Under the pieces are notes generated by a model. It was given only the letters and a program-made list of their open reading frames with translations. It had not been told where the DNA came from and did no database searches. A DNA stretch of 20,000 nucleotides from an uncultured virus (IMG/VR IMGVR_UViG_3300002175_000051) (lineage: Duplodnaviria; Heunggongvirae; Uroviricota; Caudoviricetes): IMG/VR virus record IMGVR_UViG_3300002175_000051; one strand, given 5' to 3'. This document shows positions 15,817 to 20,000 of the stretch, in pieces. Positions within the stretch are counted from its first letter, which is position 1; each line of letters opens with the position of its first letter. The position numbers and the translations under genes are program-made.

Positions 15817-16719
15817 ATGGGCAAACTTATTGATTTAATAGGAAAAAGATTTGGGCTTCTAACTGTCATAAGCAGGGCGGAGAATTATATTAAGCCAAGC
15901 GGCCAAGTTGTCGCCAAATGGAACTGTATTTGTGACTGCGGTGGTTCAGTGACAGCAAGAAGTCAAGAATTACGTAAAGGTGACACCAAATCATGCGGCT
16001 GTTTAAAAAATATGAATTTGACAGGCCAGATTTTTGGGAAATTAAAAGTAGTAGATCGAGCTGAAGATTATATTTGTTCAAATGGAAATAGAATAAGCAT
16101 GTGGAATTGTATATGTGATTGCGAAAAAGCTACTATTAAAGCTATATTGCAGTCTAGTTTAATATCAGGCCATACACGCTCATGTGGCTGCTTGAAAAAG
16201 GAATATGCCGAAAATTTAAGGGGCGAACGCAACAAATATGATTTAACAGGCGAATTTGGCATTGGGTATACGCATGAAGGGATTGAATTTTGGTTTGACA
16301 AAGAGGATTACGACATTATAAGCAACCATTGCTGGCACGTAAATGAAAAAGGTTATTTGGTGGCAGGTTTTAATGATAAAAATATACGAATGCATAGGTT
16401 AGTAATGAAACCAGCAGACGATGCGCATGTTGATCATAAGGATCATAATACTTTGGATAACCGGAAAACAAATTTGCGTATAGCAACGCCACAACAAAAT
16501 AGTTTTAACACACAATCTGTAAAAAGAAATACCTCCGGAACTATTGGAGTTTATTGGGATAAAAGCAAAAATAAATGGTTGGCTTCGATAAGATTTAATG
16601 ACCGTCAAATTTATTTAGGGCGTTTTAAAGATAAAGACGACGCTATAAAAGCTAGAAAAGAAGCCGAAGAAAAGTATTTTGGTGAATGGAGTTACGAAAA
16701 TTCAATCAAAAATAAATAA
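15817..16719 (+). CDS. Free-standing HNH homing endonuclease with two N-terminal Cys repeats and C-terminal AP2 domain
   Basis: Two L.G..FG.L.V...W.C.CDC...SCGC repeats; HR...VDHKDHNTLDNRKTNL; GVYW....KW.A.I......YLG.F; AT-rich; extended -10 at 15775-15783. Confidence 0.92.
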   Translation: MGKLIDLIGKRFGLLTVISRAENYIKPSGQVVAKWNCICDCGGSVTARSQELRKGDTKSCGCLKNMNLTGQIFGKLKVVDRAEDYICSNGNRISMWNCICDCEKATIKAILQSSLISGHTRSCGCLKKEYAENLRGERNKYDLTGEFGIGYTHEGIEFWFDKEDYDIISNHCWHVNEKGYLVAGFNDKNIRMHRLVMKPADDAHVDHKDHNTLDNRKTNLRIATPQQNSFNTQSVKRNTSGTIGVYWDKSKNKWLASIRFNDRQIYLGRFKDKDDAIKARKEAEEKYFGEWSYENSIKNK

Positions 16720-16729
16720 GGGGGCTGTT

Positions 16730-16975
16730 ATGATAGAGCCATATGACCCGACGGATTATAACGACATACGCAACCGCTTCGACCCCAGTGCCCACATAGG
16801 GATATTGTGGCATGTTTCTGACGTTCAGGAAGTCCGCCCCGATTTAGATGACGACAAAGCCATGGAGGTATTAAAGAAGGCAGAACGGCACCATGATTGT
16901 AATATCGGGATTACATGGGACATCCTTAAATTTTGGGCAAATGATTTATTCCCGAAAGGCAATGCGGATGAATGA
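16730..16975 (+). CDS. Phage-type hypothetical protein (W...DV...RPDL...A.EVL......HD...GITW)
   Basis: AGGGGG then ATG 16730. Confidence 0.8.
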   Translation: MIEPYDPTDYNDIRNRFDPSAHIGILWHVSDVQEVRPDLDDDKAMEVLKKAERHHDCNIGITWDILKFWANDLFPKGNADE

Positions 16976-17420
16976 GATTAGGGGCAACATCTTTAAATAC
17001 ATAGGAAAAGCCGACGCCGTTTGTGTGACTACGAACGGCGTTTTAAAAAAGGGCGAGGACGGTTGTCCTAGCCTTGTAATGGGTAAAGGCATAGCCCTGG
17101 CGTTCGCTAAGAGATACCCCAGGCTCCCGTCCATATTGGGCGGCCATGTCAACCGATTCGGAAACCGGGCATTCCGGGTCAGGGAAGAAAATATAGACAT
17201 AGTCTCATTCCCGACTAAGCATAATTGGCGCGACAATTCAGACATATCGCTTATTAAAAAGTCAGCCAAAGAAATAGTGGAGATGGCCGATAAGTTTAAT
17301 TGGAATAGAATAATCCTCCCGCGGCCCGGGTGCAGCAACGGGCAATTGGACTGGAAGGACGTTAAAAAAGAAATTGAAGGGATTTTAGACGACCGGTTTT
17401 ATGTAATAACAAAATTTTAA
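16968..17420 (+). CDS. Macrodomain ADP-ribose hydrolase (DarG/TARG1-like)
   Basis: GNIF, TTNG, VMGKGIA, FPTK..W, P.PGC.NG.L.W motifs. Confidence 0.9.
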   Translation: MNEIRGNIFKYIGKADAVCVTTNGVLKKGEDGCPSLVMGKGIALAFAKRYPRLPSILGGHVNRFGNRAFRVREENIDIVSFPTKHNWRDNSDISLIKKSAKEIVEMADKFNWNRIILPRPGCSNGQLDWKDVKKEIEGILDDRFYVITKF

Positions 17421-17441
17421 CCTAAAAGGGGTGTTACCACG

Positions 17442-17568
17442 ATGGATAAGGTAATTGGCAGCAATGCCTTTTTTTTTTATGTGGTTTGTAATAGTTTTAT
17501 TGCTCGTCAGCCCGTTCCTGGCAATAGGTTTCCTTATTGTCAGGTTTTTTATGTCTTTATTTAAATAG
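17442..17568 (+). CDS. Small membrane peptide; frameshifted at a T10 tract if started at 17442, or intact 34 aa from ATG 17464
   Basis: AAAAGGGG then ATG 17442; hydrophobic frame MWFVIVLLLVSPFLAIGFLIVRFF ends at TAG 17568. Confidence 0.55.
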
Positions 17569-17579
17569 GGGGGGCATTA

Positions 17580-17759
17580 ATGAAACTCACATCATTATTA
17601 TATGACGCGTCCCGCAAGATTGGGAAACTAGCCAGTGCCTTATATGACGTAGAGGTGCTGGCTTCCGGCGATCCAAAGAGAATCGTTAAACGGGCGGCAA
17701 AAAAGGGCATCCGGAAAAAAGTATATAAAGGTTTAAACAAAGCGCTCAGAAAGTGGTGA
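17580..17759 (+). CDS. 59-aa basic amphipathic protein, not in ORF track
   Basis: G7 RBS then ATG 17580; MKLTSLLYDASRKIG...ALRKW. Confidence 0.8.
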   Translation: MKLTSLLYDASRKIGKLASALYDVEVLASGDPKRIVKRAAKKGIRKKVYKGLNKALRKW

Positions 17760-17764
17760 GATAA

Positions 17765-18667
17765 ATAACGCTCCGGGAAACAAAAGAAAAATTAAAAACC
17801 TGCCTGTTAAACAAAGGGTTCGTCATACATGAATACGACGCCTACTCGACGAATTCCTTATACATTAAAATCGACTACGGCGCCTGCAACACTATCCGAA
17901 TATCCGACCATTCCGGCAAAGGCCATTTAAAGTATATGTATAATGTGCTGCCTTACGTAAAAGAACGGTATCGCGTTAAACGCGATAATTATACGATGTA
18001 TTTTTACCCGATGACGGAGGAAGGGCTTTCAAGGCTCTTAAGCGATATATATCGCCGCCGCCAGCAGCGTTTTTTTAACAGAAAAATATACAGCAAGCTC
18101 CTTGCCGACTACAAAGAGGCCGGCCGCTATGCCAAAGGCTTCTGGACGCAGGCTGTTTGTACCATGCCAAGCGACGAGTCCAAAAAGAAAGCGTGGGATA
18201 AATTAATGTGCATCAAAGGGAAGACCCTTGAATGCTCTTCAGCCGGCGATAAACGCTTCTCGGCCCTCTACGCAAAGGTAAAGGTATTTGGTATTGAAGA
18301 CACCATAGAGGGCCACTATCAGGGCTGTAAGAGGCTACAGGACGGTTCACGCACTCATAAGGGGCAACGCCCCTATTCACTTGACATCTACGGCATACAG
18401 CTCGATATAAAGTACCTTACGGCCTACTACAAGCTTCTCTGGTACAAGTACCTCTGCCAGCATAAGGAGCTTGTGGAGTATGCGTGCGCCTTTGACAACT
18501 TTACCGATAAATTCAGGGGCAAGAATACCGTCAATTGCCAGGCCGACGTGATAAAGCAGTTCGTCAAGCAAGGTCTCAAGTCTATTGTAAATGAGCGCGA
18601 TGTCGTTGACTTGCTAAAAATATTAGCAAAAAAGAAGGAGGAAGAATCAATTTATGAAGAAGTTTAG
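17765..18667 (+). CDS. Fusion: N-terminal RISDH-motif domain plus C-terminal NADAR-like domain
   Basis: Frame is open 57 codons upstream of ATG 17936, back to ATA 17765 after GGTGA. C-terminal LECSS.GDKRFSA...IE..YQ..K resembles NADAR-like proteins. Confidence 0.6.
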   Translation: MTLRETKEKLKTCLLNKGFVIHEYDAYSTNSLYIKIDYGACNTIRISDHSGKGHLKYMYNVLPYVKERYRVKRDNYTMYFYPMTEEGLSRLLSDIYRRRQQRFFNRKIYSKLLADYKEAGRYAKGFWTQAVCTMPSDESKKKAWDKLMCIKGKTLECSSAGDKRFSALYAKVKVFGIEDTIEGHYQGCKRLQDGSRTHKGQRPYSLDIYGIQLDIKYLTAYYKLLWYKYLCQHKELVEYACAFDNFTDKFRGKNTVNCQADVIKQFVKQGLKSIVNERDVVDLLKILAKKKEEESIYEEV

Positions 18668-19001
18668 GATCCCGGTAAGCTGGTCCGCCACAGCTACCTT
18701 AATTGTAGAGGCGGAATATTTGGAAGCCGCTGTCTCGCACGCCAAAGAATCACCGCTGCCGGACGAATACGAATACGTAGACGGCTCCTTTAAGGTCGAT
18801 TCATATTTGATAGACGAGTTCCCGGATGACTACGGAGAGATGAAAACAGGCGAAGCAAACAGGGTATGCCGCCGCTGCAAGTCGCCCGTCCATTATTCGG
18901 ATAACCCTGAATATAAATATCAATGTTTTCAATGTGATGAAGACCTCTATGAATTTGAGACGGATCTTAAGGAGGATGGTTCAAATCAACCCGTATCATA
19001 A
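18654..19001 (+). CDS. Hypothetical protein with C-terminal zinc ribbon (CRRC...CFQC)
   Basis: GGAGG RBS; overlaps the upstream gene. Confidence 0.8.
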   Translation: MKKFRIPVSWSATATLIVEAEYLEAAVSHAKESPLPDEYEYVDGSFKVDSYLIDEFPDDYGEMKTGEANRVCRRCKSPVHYSDNPEYKYQCFQCDEDLYEFETDLKEDGSNQPVS

Positions 19002-19617
19002 ATTCCAACAAGCGCCCATGCAATGCCTCTATTTAACATGGGGCGAAATCTCTGCGGTCATGTCGGACGAGCTGACAAAACTTCTGTCGCGCCGGATTGA
19101 AGCCGATGCGGCAAGGGAATATCTGCAATGCTGGGTCCTACAATTATTCATGAACCCATTGACCCCTGACGAGCTTGAAAAAGTATTTGATTATGCCGGC
19201 GCCGACGAATGGGATCGCGAGCAAAACTATTATGAGGACGGTAAAGTCATGGAGCTGTGCGAGGCCCTTTGCGGGAAGATAATCAATAAGCATTTGCCTT
19301 TTAAGTTGGCCGATAAATGCCAGGACGAAAAAGGTGTATGGTTTATAAGCTATGTCGGGGCAATAGACAGGATACAGATCCCTATCCCTGGCGGGGTATC
19401 GCTTTGCGCCGAATTATTCATCGACACGGAATACCCCGGCATTAACTTGTTTTTACGGAAACCAGGCGAAATAGACAAAGCATTATGTTTTGCCGAACAT
19501 AACCCTTCGAAACCTCCGGGCAAAGAGGTTTGTATCGGGGTTTACGCGGAAAATATGGACGATCCGGTTTATTATGAAAGCTATAACGATCCGCAGCAGG
19601 AGAGCCCAAACAATTAA
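18976..19617 (+). CDS. Hypothetical acidic protein (start uncertain)
   Basis: Long ORF in the operon. Confidence 0.75.
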   Translation: MVQINPYHKFQQAPMQCLYLTWGEISAVMSDELTKLLSRRIEADAAREYLQCWVLQLFMNPLTPDELEKVFDYAGADEWDREQNYYEDGKVMELCEALCGKIINKHLPFKLADKCQDEKGVWFISYVGAIDRIQIPIPGGVSLCAELFIDTEYPGINLFLRKPGEIDKALCFAEHNPSKPPGKEVCIGVYAENMDDPVYYESYNDPQQESPNN

Positions 19618-19637
19618 TTAGGAGGTCTGAATAGCTT

Positions 19638-19928
19638 ATGCTTAAAGAAATGTTTGACGGAAAGATAATCCCGAGCGAACGCCGTAACCCAAACGCGGCC
19701 AAGCAGCTAGAAATATCGCGCAAAATTACCGCGATGGAAAACGGTCTGGCCGAAAAGCTCCCCCCGGAAGATTGTGAGCGGCTGAAAGAACTTTCCGCCT
19801 TATACTCGGAGCTTTATAAATTTGAAGAAAGCGATACTTTCGCTTATGGATTTTCTGTCGGGCTTTTTTTAATGCAGGACGCCTTGAATATACTGAAAAC
19901 AATGCTTCCGGACGATAATGCAGGCTAA
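19638..19928 (+). CDS. DUF6809-like protein
   Basis: L.E+F.G.I.P.E...F.YGF..G..LM pattern; AGGAGG RBS. Confidence 0.75.
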   Translation: MLKEMFDGKIIPSERRNPNAAKQLEISRKITAMENGLAEKLPPEDCERLKELSALYSELYKFEESDTFAYGFSVGLFLMQDALNILKTMLPDDNAG

Positions 19929-19940
19929 ATCTCCAATACT

Positions 19941-19967
19941 GGCGGCAAAGCCGCCTGATTGACGAAA
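19941..19967 (+). promoter_or_regulatory. Hairpin motif copy 5 (GGCGGCAAAGCCGCC-N7-CGAAA)
   Basis: AAGGAG and ATG 19995, 40 nt after the hairpin end; the gene runs off the window. Confidence 0.75.
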
Positions 19968-20000
19968 TTTTATAAAAAAAAGGAGATGTTTTTAATGGCT

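Noticed and set aside
15817..16719. Intron-encoded status of the HNH gene
   Set aside because: Flanking ORFs look intact and directly adjacent, leaving no room for intron structure.
17692..17707. GGCGGCAAA as a sixth hairpin copy
   Set aside because: Lies inside a CDS and lacks the 3' arm.

Overview
Gene-dense accessory region of a large mobile element (large temperate or jumbo phage, or megaplasmid/ICE) of a Bacillota, probably Clostridia-like, host. About 35 mostly small genes all lie on the + strand. No virion, conjugation or housekeeping genes are recognisable. Recognisable by motif: Phd-RelE/ParE TA pair, BrnT-X-BrnA three-gene module, DUF4160 pair, Rpn/YhgA PD-(D/E)XK nuclease, DUF2325 protein, YodL-like protein, SLOG/YspA protein, macrodomain, NADAR-like fusion, HNH-AP2 homing endonuclease, DUF6809 protein and a decayed tnpB element. 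The most striking unexplained structure is a 15-nt hairpin (GGCGGC-AAA-GCCGCC) present five times, with compensatory changes. Each copy is followed 8 nt later by YG(A/C)A and 37-41 nt later by a start codon, and three copies follow a terminator. It looks like an element-specific promoter. The truncated first ORF has motif order reminiscent of the C-terminus of a YonO/cellular-RdRP-type RNA polymerase, a candidate reader of this signal (inference). All family calls come from motif recognition by eye, not database searches.
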